Assembly: GCA_038087875.1 (NCBI GenBank)
Contig: JAXLNO010000355.1
Location: forward strand, 1 to 64,000
DNA from: Malacoraja senta
Lineage: Eukaryota
Length of the DNA: 64,000 nucleotides
Direction of reading: 5' to 3'
Both the position numbers and the translations under genes were made by a program. Shown piece by piece: positions 10,194 through 23,545 of this stretch (within the stretch, counting starts at the first letter, position 1; the number at the start of each line of letters is the position of its first letter). The notes under the pieces were generated by a model. That model worked only from the letters and a program-made list of their open reading frames with translations, searched no databases and was not told where the DNA came from.

Positions 10194-11766
10194 CAGGGTT
10201 GGATTTATGTACAAGCTTCACAAGCTTAAGCTTAGGGCCTCGAGATCTAGGGGGGCCTCGGCAGGGCCGGATTCACCTACAGGCTTCATAGGCTGAAGCC
10301 TAGGGCCTCAAAATCTAGGGGGCCTCCGGCCAAGGTGTTTTTTTCCCAGAGTAAAAAAAATCCAGAGAAAAGAAAAATTGGAGCGCTATCAGCGTTTCCA
10401 CTTTGACGGAAATTACCCGAAATTCTGGTTCCGGCCCGCTGGAAGTTATGGGGGGAAAGATTGTGACCATCCGCGCCTGCGCAGTTGGGTGAAGCCCGTG
10501 ACACAGTAGCGACGCAAAATGACGCTGTCTCTCCACGCATGCGCAGTGGGCCCGGGCGGTTTCAGATCTCCATTTGCACTCCACATCGCTGAGGTGTCTG
10601 CGGCGCGGAGCCGGAGCCTCGCTGCGTGGGAGGGAGAGAGGGGGAGGGAGGGAGAGAGAGGGGGGTTGAGACAGAAGGGGAGAGAGAGGGAGGGGAGGGG
10701 AGAGAGAGAGAGAGGGGGAGGGGGATAGAGAGATGGGGAGGGAGAGAGAGGTGGAGGGAGAGGGAGGGGTAAGGAGGAGGGGAGGGAGAGGGGAGAGGGA
10801 AAGGGGGATTATCTTTAGTGAGTGCAAAATTAAGGTAGGTTTTGGAGCTATTATATTTTCTCCTCCATATGAATAATATCAAACAATTGGAACTGCTTTC
10901 TTTTCCTTGATAAAAATACTGAAAAATATGTATTCCATAGTTTGCGACTTTCATTTTGCATCATATTTTTAATGTGCACACATTAACACAGTCGAACAGT
11001 AACAGGCAATCAAATCAACACACAAAACATTTTCTAAAAAAAGGTTTTATTTACTGCAAAAACTTATAGTATTTTATTTGCAGTGTTTGCATGCTCCTTT
11101 ATAACATTTTACATAACATTTTACAGTACAACTTGATTATTAAAACAAGGACAGCTTCAATTCTTGATTTAAAAAAATGTATACAACAATGACCACAATC
11201 ATCCCATTCCAACCATTCATTACTCTTGACTCAACCAAAATTATTTCTGAAATATTGGTCATATATCTGGTGCAAAAATGCTCCAAAATAAGGCTCAGAA
11301 TGCACCAGAGAGCATCTAAAACCCCAGAGCTTCCAGGGCCTGCAAGGGTCTTTGAGCTTCGCGCTTGTGATATGCGCTGCGTGCACTTATTTCACATAAA
11401 TTTATTGTAATCCTGCCATGCCACCCCCCTTTTTGAAAAACCTCGTACGGTCCTGGTGTATAATATTTTTGACACTGTCATAGGCCTTTCTTACATATGC
11501 TGTCACAACGCACTGTAGTCTCTAAACAACACTTAAGTAATTTTCCTTGCCCTTCATTTCAGAATAATAGTGTTTTAAGCCAATAACTCGACACTAGCAC
11601 TGGCAATAAATAAAAAGCGCAGCTTTCCAGCCCTTATCTCATTGGCCACGCTCGGCTGCACATCTGGTGGACTCTTCAATCTTCCTCTCATCGTGGGGGT
11701 GGGGGATTGGGAGGGGCCTCACAAGTGGAATAGCCTAGGGCATCTCTTCATCTAAATACGGCCCTG
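10194..11766. mobile_element. Non-autonomous hAT DNA transposon
   Basis: 8-bp TSD CATGAAGC (10186-10193 and 11767-11774). Imperfect TIRs CAGGGTTGGATTTA / TAAATACGGCCCTG. No transposase. Confidence 0.85.
10628..10808 (+). repeat. Polypurine G/A-rich low-complexity tract
   Basis: Nearly pure (GGGA/GA)n inside the hAT element. Confidence 0.9.
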
Positions 11767-13074
11767 CATGAAGCTGAAGGCATGGATTAACTTCATACCC
11801 AATCTCCTTGGCCTTGCATGAGCAATGGCTGCTGCAAATAGCCGAGCCCATTCTTAAATGGGTCACAGACCTTAAGTTAAAAAGTTAAGTGTTTCGATTA
11901 TTTTTCTTTAATATATTTTCTCTTACTGTTCTTAATTGATTTCTAGTAATTTCGGCTCTATTTAGATTCCTTTTTATTACTTAAGACAATTTGAACTACT
12001 TTTAAAAGTCTCCGATCATCAGATACATTCAAAAATATTTCAAGGCCTTTGACATGGTTGGTCAGCTTCTTTGGCCCTCTGATTCTAGGGATGGTTAGAG
12101 TGGTAGAGATGTGCAGCACTGAAACTGCCCCTTGAGCCCACCTACGTGCCCATCTACTAATCTCATTTGCCCCCATGAAGTTTGTATCTTTTCAGGCCTT
12201 GTTGATTTAAGTGACTGTCTAATTGTCTTCCTAATGTACCGATTGTATCTGACTTCACCACCTTTTCTTAGTCTTGTGTTTCAGATATCTCTGCATATAA
12301 AACTATATCCTCATGTCCCTTTCAAACAATTTCCATACCTTAAGCCTGTGTCCTCTTGTTAATGATGCCCCCTACCATGAGAAAACGATCCTGACTATCT
12401 ATCTTATCTAGGCCTCATAATTTTATCCACCTTTATCAGGACATCCCACAGCCTTCTTGGCTTCAGAGAAAACAAACTCAGCCTGTCCAACTTCTTCCCA
12501 TTACTAAACTCATCCAATCCTGGCAGCATCCTGGTGAATCTCCTTCACAGTTTCTCCAGTTTCTCCAGTTTCTCCTCCTTACATAGAAACATAGAAAGTA
12601 GGTGCAGGAGGAGGCCATTTGGCACTTCGAGCCAGCACCGCCATTCAATATGATCATGGCTGATCATTCACAATCAGTACCCAGTTCGTGCTTTTTCCCC
12701 ATCTCTATAATTATAAAACTCTGATTTTGGATGTGTGTGTGTGTGTGTGTGTGTGTTTATTTGTTTGTGTATAATCACATCTTCTCGAAAAAACATTTGC
12801 CTTTCAATATCCTTTGCCATCCAAGTTTACCATCTAAGTAATCTTGCCTTGCACCCTTATTGAAACATGCTGCTCTGGAATATATTTTAAAGACTCCCAT
12901 TTGTCAGCTGTTGTTTTACCAGTTGCATCTGGTCCCAATCTGTTTTTTCTTACAATATTGAAGCCAGTCTTTCCCCAAATCAACATGTTTACTTATCATC
13001 TTAAAGAACCAGCCTCATCGCTTTCCATAACAACTTTGTAACTTACAGAATAGTGGTGACATTTCCAAAATACC

Positions 13075-13610
13075 CAAGTTTTGATTGGCAGATGGTTGGA
13101 CAAAGGCCAGAGATGAAAAGACAAACAGTGTGAGATAAAGAGATAAGGATATAAGAGACATGAAATGTGAAGCCAGAGGAAGGAATATACATGGAAGGAA
13201 TTGTGGGGAAGGGGAAGGGGAAAGGGAGAAACGGGTGCGCATCCAGGTAGGGCCCAGGGTAGAGAGGAGCTACGGGGGGAAAGGATGTTTGAGGATTAGT
13301 TATATAAAATTGGAGAATCCGATGTTCATACCAATGGATTGTAAGTTACCCAAGCAGAATATGAGGTGCTGTTCCTCCAGTTTGTGTGTGGTCTCAATCT
13401 GGCAACAGAGGAAGCCCAGGTCAGATAGGTCAGTGTGGGAATAGGAAGGGGAGTTAAAATGATCAGCAACCGTGAGATCCAATAGGCCTTAGCAGTCCAA
13501 GCGCAAGTGTTCGACGAAATGATCGCCTAGTCTATGCTTGGTCTTGCCGATGTAAAGGAGATCAAATAGTGAGCAACAAATGCAATAGATGTGATTAGAG
13601 GAGGTTTGCT
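13075..13610 (-). mobile_element. Penelope-like element fragment (GIY-YIG endonuclease C-terminus and 3' region)
   Basis: Minus-strand VADHFNSPSYSHTDL...KLEEQHLIFCLGNLQSIGMNIGFSNF. Confidence 0.75.
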
Positions 13611-13784
13611 CTTCTACGTCTCTGTAATTTGCTTACATGCCCTTTCCTCTAATTCCTGCTGACTATTGGGAGATCTAAAGCATAACCCCAGCAAAGTGAT
13701 CGCCTTCTTATTCTGGCCTCATTGGATTATTCTTCCAGAATATTCTCTCTTAAGTACTCCATTCTAACCCCTCTCTATCACATT

Positions 13785-15418
13785 TTAAATGTCAATTATA
13801 AAAGATGAAATAGCGGCACATTTGGATAGCAGTAACAGGATCAGTCCAAGTCAGCATGAATTTACAAAGGGGAAATCATGCTTGACTAATCTTCTGGAAT
13901 TTTTTGAGGATGTAACTGGGAAAATGGACAAGGGAGAGCCAGTGGATGTAGTGTATCTGGACTTTCAGAAAGCCTTTGATAAGGTCCAACATTGGAGATC
14001 AGTGACAAAATTAGGGCACATGGTATTGGGGGTAGGGTACTGACATGGATAGAAAATTGGTTGGCAGGCAGGAAACAAAGAGTAGGGATTAACGGGTCCC
14101 TTTCAGAATGGAAGGCAGTGACTAGTGGGGTACCGCAAGGCTCGGTGCTGGGACCGCAGCTATTAACAATATACATTAATGATTTAGATAAAGGGATTAA
14201 AAGTAACATTAGCAAATTTGCAGATGACACAAAGCATTGGTGGCAGTGTGAACTGTGAGGAGGATGCTATGAGGATGCAGGGTGACTTGGACAGGTTGGA
14301 TGAGTGGGTAGATGCATGGCAGATGTAGTTTAAAGTGGATAAATGTGAGGTTATCCACTTTGGTGGCAAGAACAGGAAGTACAATGGGATCTGGGTGTCT
14401 TGTACATCAGTCACTGAAAGTAAGCATGCAGGTACAGCAGGCAGTAAAGAAAGCTAATGGCAAGTTGGCCTTCATTACAAGAGGAGTTGAGTTTTGGAGC
14501 AAAGAGGTCCTTCTACAGTTGTACAGGGCCCTAGTGAGACCACACCTGCAGTATTGTGTGCAGTTTCGGTTTCCAGATTTGAGGAAGGACATTCTTGCTA
14601 TTGATGGAGTGCAGCATATGTTCACCAGGTTAATTCCCGGGATGGCGGGACTGTCAGATGTTGAAAGAATGGAGTTACTGGGCTTGTATACACTGGAATT
14701 TAGAAGGATGAGAGGGGATTTTATTGAAACATATAAGATTATTAAGGGATTGGACACGCTGAGATAGAGGTAGGAAACATGTTCCCGATGTTGGGGGAAT
14801 CCAGAACCAGGGGCCAAAGTTTAAGAATAAGGGGTAGGCCATTTAGAATGGAGATGAGGAAAAACCTTTTCACCCAGAGAGTTGTGAATACGTGGAATTC
14901 TCTGCCTCAGAAGGCAGTGTGGGCCGATTCTCTGGATGCTTTCAAGAGAGAGTTAAAGCCCTATCCCACTGTACGAGTTCATTCAAGAGTTCTCCCGAGT
15001 TTGCCCTGATTCGAACTCGGAGATTTATGGTAATGGCCGCTCGTCGGTACTCGGGGCTCTCGTGGACATTTTTCACCATGTTGAAAAATCTTCACGAGTC
15101 TTCTCGAACTTACCGCGTTTCCCGAGTACCTGCCGTTAGCGTTACGAGCCGCTAAGAGACGTCCCCGAGCTCTGATGAACCCACTACATACATTCTGCGT
15201 GCTTCCACGAGTTTGATTTTTATTTTAAACTCGGGAGAGCTCTTGAATGAACTCGTACAATGGGACAGGGCTTTTAGATAGATCTCTTATAGCAGAGTCA
15301 AGGGATATGGGGAGAAAGCAGGAACGGGGTACTGATTGTGGATGATCAGCCATGATCACAGTGAATAGCGGTACAGGCTCGAAGGGCCGAATGGCCTACT
15401 CCTGCTATTGTCTATTGT
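13785..15418 (+). mobile_element. 5'-truncated CR1 LINE (RT region), interrupted by a MITE
   Basis: [59 protein letters not shown] tail. Confidence 0.92.
14956..15273. mobile_element. PIF/Harbinger-type MITE (318 bp)
   Basis: TTA TSD (14953-14955 and 15274-15276). Roughly 47-bp TIRs AAGCCCTATCCCACTGTACGAGTTCATTCAAGAG... It splits the CR1 sequence GAGAGTTA|GATAG. Confidence 0.88.
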
Positions 15419-17029
15419 CAGCCTCACCCTAAATGTCAATAATGTCATCATTCCAAGTGCTGATCTGTGCTGATACCACTGAACCCTCTGTGCTCTCTAA
15501 CTTGCCTCTTCCCTACCAGACTGGTTTGATGTATCTACACTTTATTCCCTACCTGCTACACTGCTACCATATGCAGATAGGCACCACGGGTGGTAAGTTT
15601 AAGCATAGACCCTGTTCCAGCCTGTTGTTTGTTTGTGAATGCTGATCAAAAAAACATTGGAGCTATTTTGCACCAACTTAAATTTATATAGCACTTTTAC
15701 CTAATTAGCCTGGTGCCGTTAGCTGCCAAGTTCCAGATTCTCCTTTCCAAACCACTCTTCCTCTCATTCCCCCTTTAAAGAATATGGAACATAGAACAGG
15801 GCTTTCAGCCCACCAAGTCCATGCCCAACAAGATACCTATTGAACTGTTCCTTTTTGACAGTATGTGCCCCATATCTTCTATTTCCTGCATATTCATATA
15901 TCTGTCAAAAATCTTCTTAAACACCACTATTTTATCTGCCTCAAAAAACACCATCAATGGCAGTGCATGTCAGTCACCCAGCACTCTTCGTGAAAATAAA
16001 CTACTCCCACACATCTCCTTTAAATTTTCTTCCTCTGACCTTGCAGCTCTGCCCTCTGGTATTTGATATTTACACCCTGGGGAAAAGGTTCTGACTATCT
16101 CACCTATCTAAGCCTCTCATTATTTTCTAAACTTCTATCAGGTCTTCCCTCAGCCTCCGAAGCACCAGAGAAAACAATCCAAGTTTGTCCAACCTCCCCT
16201 TATAGTTAAACCTTCTAATCCAGGCAGCATCCCGTTAAACCTCTTCTACAACCTCTCCAAAGCCTCCACATTCTTCCTGTAATGTGGTGGCTAGAACTGT
16301 ACACAATTAAAATGAAATCTCCTTCTCTGGCCAAACTTTTGGTTTCCTGCCATACCTCCTTCTGTGTCACGGTGTTAGATTTTGCTCGATAATACTCCTG
16401 TGCAGCACCTTGGGACGTTTTACTGTGTTAAAGGCAACATATAAATCGTTATTGTTAATCCAGACTTTGCCCATCTGGTGAGAAAATTCATGTAGCCCAT
16501 CTGAGTTTAACCATGCAGAAAGACCCTGTGGCCCTCTCATCATGGTTTCCAGCTGTTTATTACTGAATTTCAGTGATATTTTTCTTTCAACTGCTTCAGC
16601 AAGAGTCAATTTAACATGACGGTTACAAATACAGACTGACGTTACTTCAGCCTCTCTGGACAACTCAAAGGATGCATGCACTGGTGTTGCTACATAAGGA
16701 GAGCAGCAGCCAATTTAGGCACAGCAAATGCCCCAGAAATAGCGGTGTGCTAAAGACCAGATCACTTGTTTGAGCAATTAGCATCAACCGATCACTGAAA
16801 ATATCAGTGAAGAAGTCAAGCAACATCTATGGAAAGTGAAGAGTCGTCAATATTTCAAGTCCGCGAACTTTGACCTTTTTTTGCTTCCACAGATGGTTGA
16901 CCTATGGAGTGTTTGTAGTATTTTCTGTTTTTATTTCATTTTCCAAGATCTACATTATCCCAGATTTTCAGTTACTGGAGAGAATTCTCCTGCTCTCCAT
17001 CAGAATGTTGGTATGAGACCTTAGATTAG

Positions 17030-17770
17030 ATACATAGAAAATAGGTGCAGGAGTAGGCCATTCGGCCCTTCGAGCCTGCACATTCAATATGATCATGGCT
17101 GATCATCCAACTCAGTATCCCGTACCTGCCTTCTCTCCATACCCCCTGATCCCTTTAGCCACAAGGGCCACATCTAACTCCCTCTTAAATATAGCCAATG
17201 AACTGGCCTCAACTACCCTCTGTGGCAGAGAGTTCCAGAGATTCACCACTCTCTGTGTGAAAATGTTTTTTCTCATCTCGGTCTTAAAGGATTTCCCCCT
17301 TATCCTTAAGCTGTGACCCCTTGTCCTGGACTTCCCCAACATCGGGAACAATCTTCCTGCATCTAGCCTGTCCAACCCTATAAGAATTTTGTACGTTTCT
17401 ATAAGATCCTCTCTCAATCTCCTAAATTCTAGCGAGTATAAGCCAAGTCTATCCAGTCTTTCTTCATATGAAAGTCCTGACATCCCAGGAATCAGTCTGG
17501 TGAACCTTATCTGCACTCCCTCTATGGCTATAATGTCCTTCCTCAGATTTGGAGACCAAACCTGTACGCAATACTCCAGGTGTGGTCTCACCAAGACCCT
17601 GTACAACTGCAGTAGAACCTCCCTGCTCCTATACTCAAATCCTTTTGCTATGAAAGCTAACATACCATTCGCTTTCTTCACTGCCTGCTGCACCTGCATG
17701 CCTACTTTCAATGACTGGTGTACCATGACACCCAGGTCTCGCTGCATCTCCCCTTTTCCTAATCGGCCAC
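17030..17770 (-). mobile_element. CR1 LINE 3' fragment
   Basis: ORF 17112-17747 (-): LVRPHLEYCVQVWSP...QRVVNLWNSLP. Confidence 0.92.
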
Positions 17771-18984
17771 CAATGAGGGCATCTCATTTTATTTGACCAC
17801 AAAATGTAGGTGTAGTGACTTGGCCAACATTTGTTTCCCATCTCTAACCATTCTTGAGAAAGTGGTGGTGAGCCACCTTCTTCAACCTTGGACCTCTAGT
17901 GGTACTCCCAATGATGTTGTGGAGGGGGTTCCAGGATATAGAGCCAGTACTGCAGGTTGCTCTGTTGCCTCAAAGCTCCAGCACCCAGGTCTTCATGCAC
18001 TCGTTTTCACCACTCCCGCAATTGTCTGTATGACATGCGCATGTTCTCCATGTAAGCGTGTGGGTTTCTGCCAGATGTTCCCGCTTCTTGCCACATCCCA
18101 AACATGTGCAGGTAGGTTAATTGCCTGCCATAAATTACCCCTTAGTGACAAAACAAGTGACAAAAGAAGCAGAGGGAAGTTGATGGAAATGTGTGAAAGA
18201 GGCAGACAGACAGACAGAGAGAGAGACAGAGAATAAATTACAAGAAATAAGGACAGCGGAACGAAACTGATGGGAATCTTCTGCTAAAACTCAGCATGAA
18301 CTCGATGGACCAAATTATAACATAGTGCCACAGTAGGTAGAACTATTGCCTCACAGTGCCAGAGATCCAGGTTCAATTCTAACTTCGGGTGCCATCTATG
18401 TGGTCAGCACATTCTCCCTTTGACCTTATGGGTTTCTGCCGAGTGCTCCAGTCTCCTCCCACATCCCAAAGACATGATCGATTAATTGGCCTCTGAACAT
18501 TGCCTCCAGTGTGCAGGCATGGGCTGACGTCTTGGACAAGTTGATGGGAGTGTAGGTAGAATAAAATGGGATGAGTTTAAAAGGATGCTTGATGGTTGGC
18601 ACGGACACAGTGGGCTGCCTCTTCTCATTGTCCCCCCTCGAAAAGGCAACAACTTCATACTTCTCAGCATTCAATGACATCATACAACTCTTTAAAACCA
18701 ACATTATCCTTCTCATTAGCACACTGTGCATCCATGTTTAATGTCATCTGAACTATGGAAATTCTCCCTCATGCTCATAAGTTCAAATCTATAACCACTT
18801 TAAGAAAGTAGCAATCTCAGTTGAACAAGTTTATTTTCATGAGGGAAATAGTAATACCTAAGCAGCAGTTAGTGCTGGTGCATTGCAGTGCTACACATCT
18901 GTGTGGGACTTTTATGTTCAATCTGTATCAATGTGGGTTTCTTCCCAATGCTCTAGTTTCCTCCCACGTCTCAAAAATGTTAGT

Positions 18985-19285
18985 TTAATTGAGAGATACA
19001 GCGCGGAAACAGGTCCTTCGGCCCACCAAGTCAGCGCCGAACAGCGATCCCCGTACTTTAGCACTACCCTACACACTAGGGACAATTTATAATTTTCACT
19101 AAAGCCAATTTACCTACAAACCTGTATGTCATTGGAGTGTGGGAGGAAACCGGAGCACCCGGAGAAAACCCATGTGGTCACGGGGAGAACATACAAACTC
19201 CACACAGATAACACCCATAGTCAGGATCGAACCCGGGTCTCTGGTACTGTAAGGCAGAAACTCTACTGCTGCGCCACCGTGCCAC
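18985..19285 (-). mobile_element. V-SINE (HE1-like)
   Basis: tRNA head GGCACGGTGGCGCAGCAGTAGAG...GGTTCGATCC plus the V domain. Confidence 0.8.
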
Positions 19286-22200
19286 AGTGCAGGTAGATTA
19301 TACGGCTTCTCTAAATCACTCTTTATTGCAGGTAAATTGCAAAAGAATCAAAGGAAAGTTGATGGATATGTGGGAAATAATTACATTGTAGGGAAATATG
19401 GGGAATGTACTGATGTGATCGTTCTGCATGGACAACATGGGCCCAATGGGCCAAATGGCCTCTTTTATGCAAGTAATGGGATGGCAGACTCAAGTGAACA
19501 AAAATTATACTGCTGGAGGAAAGCAGGTCAAGCAGCACCTGTGGAGGGAATGTACGGAAGAAGAGTCCTAACCCGAAATGTCATTTGTCCATTTCTCTCC
19601 ACGTATGCTATCTGATCTGCTGAGTTCCTCCAGCATTTTGCCATTTGATCAAGATTCCAGCATCTGCAGTCTCCTGTGTCTGGCAGACTCGAGTGTTCGA
19701 CATCACTAGCCTCACAACTCAGGAACACATTATTGCAAATTAACCACTAAATTATGGGATCAAGCTGTGTTCTGCTCTCCAACCAATGCACTCCGATTCG
19801 AAGAACAAAAGTATTGTTGAATCGCGCGACTTGTTTAATATTCACTGGTCAAACTAAAGCCTGAGTCATCTTGTTTTAGTAATAATGATATTAACAATTT
19901 ATTTTTGGTGTGTGCTGAGGGAGGATACACACCATTGCACTTTGTACTTTCAAACCAAGCCTGAGGCTCCTCCTTACTTTTCCCTAGTTCCCGTGCTCCT
20001 TGAAGTTTCTGCATTCTGTCTGTCTTATCCTTTCTGACAGCAGAATAGATGCCGGACTGATCCCTGGAAGTTTGGAACTAATGAACTAACTGCTGAGTCG
20101 CTGCCACAGAGCTCGGTCCCAAACTATACTGTACTTCACACACGATTTATTCTCCAGATGGTGCGAGTGTGCCACCCTGCCGTGAGGAACCATCACTTCC
20201 ACTGGAGTGTGAAAGTGGACGGATGTTGTTTCCTTTGCAGTTCTGATAATTCGGGGACTGGAAACATGCGAGGATGGTTGGTTGGTGCTGATTATTTTTT
20301 GTTTGGTCTCCTTCCCTCATTTGCCTGCGTTGAGTTTTTTCACCTTTATTGTTTATGCTGCCTTGCGCAGGGACCATCGCAGCCTTTCTTCAAAGTCAGC
20401 GTGTGCCTCATCCTGCTCCGAGTGTTTGTTATGACACGATAGCGGAAATCATACAACTTCTTGGCTTCTCACATCATCGCACAACAGCATATTTATTAGC
20501 CATTGGTCCTCCCTGTGCTGTTAGCTGGTGCGGGACAGAATTAAAAATTTAATCTCACAGCGACATTTTATGTTTGCAATGTTGTAAACTGAAATCAGAG
20601 ATAAGAATGGAAGGCACAGACATTTGTTAACTTAAGCTGTAACCTGAGAACATTGATTACTGGGAATTTGGCACTGATCTGTAACCACAGTCAGAAGTCA
20701 CAACTTAAATTTGTATTTGTAGACTGATACAGCGCAGGAGACCATTTGACCCATCATGGCTCTGCCAGATATTTGAGGGAAAGGTTTACAGACATTTCAG
20801 GTTCCCCATCTATTCTGGCAAAGGGGCCCTTGCAGCTGAAGCGGGTGGAAAAATAGGAGCAATTTTGTGAAGTAGATACGAGTGATTTTAAAACATTAGT
20901 TTTTTTTGTATTTGAAGATGTCTTCAGAGATGCACAATTTTATGCTCAGATGCTGAGAAATATGTGTGAAGCTGGTTTCAGTTTCTCCATTTAAAAGGAA
21001 GCTTTTCTCGGATAGCTTGGTCGCCCTTTCTAATAGCAACCGAAAGATTATTCAGTATGGCAACAGATTGTTTCACTGTGGGAATAATATCAGCTGCTGT
21101 GGGTGCCTGTAACCAGTAATAATGAAAATGTCCGTGCGGCTGACTCTCAGGATCATTTCTAATAACAATGACCATTTGAGATTAGCCACAAAATTCAACT
21201 TGGAACATTTTCAGCTGCTGTGCAACTATGTTACTGTCAGGTCTCATTAGAAGCTTTGAGACTGATGGGAATTTCAAATCTATTTATTGACATGTCCTTT
21301 TTAAAACTCATTTTCAGCATGTGGGTGTCACTGTCAAAGCAAAATTTAATGCCTATCCCCAATTGTGCTTGAGATGGCGGTGATCACTACTATCATGCTA
21401 CAGCTCTGTAGTCGTCTGTGATGAAGGTGCTCCCGCGTGTGGTTCCAGCTTTTATACATCAATGTTGAAGGAAGGGTGATATATCTCCAAGGCAGGATCT
21501 GGAGAGTTTCTGCAGGTGGTGGTGTTCCCATATATCTGTTGCCTTGTCATGCAGGGTGCAAAAAGGCCCTTCGGCCCAAACTTGCCTACACCAGCCAACA
21601 TGTCCCATCTACACTAGTCTGCCTGCGTACGGCCCATATCCCTCTAAACATGTCCTTTCTTTGTACCTGTCTAAATGCTTTTTAAACGTCAAGAAGCTGC
21701 CTCAACAATCTCTTCACCTCTGTTGTTCAGGTTTTTTGTCCATGTTGTCAGTGGTTATGGGGAGAAGGCAGGAGAATGGGGTTAAGAGGGAAAGAAAGAT
21801 CATCCAGCAATGAATTCCACAGGTGAAAATACCCAATGACTTGGCCTCCACAGCCATCTGTGGCAATGAGTTCCGCAGATTCGCCGCCCTCTGACTAGGG
21901 AGGTTCCTCCTCATCTCCTTCCTAGAGTAATGTACTTTGATGCTAGGGCTGTGACCTTTGACCCTAGACTCTCAGACTAAGATATTTAAGAGACTTGGAT
22001 CGGCACATGGATACGCAGGGAATGGAGGGATATAGGTTATGTGCCGGATAGAAGAGGTGTAAATTGTGAAGCCAGAAGGAATGTAGGTGGATGGAGATAG
22101 GGAGGGGTAGAAATGGGTGTGAATCCAGGTGGGCCACAGGGAAGGGGGGGGGGGTGAGGTAGAGAAGTGGAGGGGGGAGTATACAAGTTCCCTTCATGTC

Positions 22201-22319
22201 TATGTTGAGCACTGACCAGGCTGCATGTTGGTTAATCTCTGATGGATGTTAAACGGTGGTGGGGAGGAGAGAAGGCACTGCCTCACAAAGCCTCTGAATT
22301 GCTAGAGGCTGGCGTCAGT

Positions 22320-22672
22320 GCAGGAAAAATGTTCCCGAGTCCAGAATCAGGAAATATGGGGGTCCACAACCAGAGGTCACGGTGTAACAATAAGGGATAG
22401 GCAATTTAGGACTGAGATGAGGAAAAACGTTCTCACCCGGAGAAGTGTGAATCTGTGGAATTCTCTGCCACAGAAGACAGTGGAGGCCAATTCACTGCAT
22501 GTTTTCAAGAGAGAGTTAGATATAGCTCTTAGGGCTAAGGGAATCAAGGGATATGGGGAGAAAGCAGAAACGCGGTACTGATTTTGGATGATCAGCCATG
22601 ATCATATTGAATGGTGGTGCTGGCTCGAAGGGCCGAATGGCCTACTCCTGCTATTTTCTATGTTTCTATGTT
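22320..22672 (+). mobile_element. CR1 3' end fragment
   Basis: TRGH...FRTEMRKN...NLWNSLP and a TTCTATGT tail. Confidence 0.85.
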
Positions 22673-22959
22673 TGAACCGTCCATACAATGTTTGGTCGGA
22701 GGACACATCGTACTCTTAACGAGAGTAGGTTGGTGAGGTGGTATTTGGGTAATTGTGTTCTTTCTTTAGTTAAAAATATATAGCGTGGAAACAGGCCGTT
22801 CGGCCCACCAAGTCTATGCCGACCAGTGATCACCCATACACTGAAGCATACTGTTAAGTGTTTCTATTTTCTCTTTCAGTTTCACATTTCTAGTATCAGC
22901 AGGTTTTGGTTTGATATTCAAAGAAGATAACAATTTAGCTGAAATTTGGATTTTAGATT

Positions 22960-23545
22960 CATTTAGAGATACAGCATGGAAAAATAATGTTTTGTGTGAG
23001 CGTCAACCTTTACACCCGTATATCAGTTCTATCCTACATACTAGGGACAATTTACATAAGCTGATTAACCTACAAACATGCACGTCTTTGGAATGTGGGA
23101 GGAAACTGGAGCACCCGGAGAAACACCATGCGGTCATAGTTGTAGAGTAATACAATGTGGAAACTGCCATTTTGGCCGAACTTGCCTACACTGGCCAACA
23201 ATGTCCCAGCTACACTAGTCCCACTTGCCTGCGCTTGGTCCATATCCCTCCAAACCTGTTCTATCCATGTACCTGTCTAACTGTTTCTTAAACGATTGGA
23301 TAGTCTCAGCCTCAACTACCTCCTCTGGCAGCTTGTTCCATACACCCACTACCCTTTGTGTGAAAAAGTTAACCCTCGGATTTCTATTTTCCCTTCACCT
23401 TTTCCCCTTCACCTTGAACCTATGTCCTATGTCGATCACAGGGAGAATGTACAAACTCTGTACAGACAGCACCCCACATAGTCAGGATCGAACCCGGGTC
23501 TCTGGTGCTGTACGGCAGGAACTCTACCGCTGAGCCACTGTGCCG
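22960..23545 (-). mobile_element. V-SINE interrupted by a LINE 3' fragment (about 23137-23435)
   Basis: SINE halves ...ACCATGCGGTCA | CAGGGAGAATGTACAAACTC are separated by unrelated LINE-tail sequence. Confidence 0.7.

Noticed and set aside
10286..10954. Ser/Pro/Leu-rich and Gly/Glu/Arg-rich ORFs
   Set aside because: Translations of the polypurine low-complexity tract.
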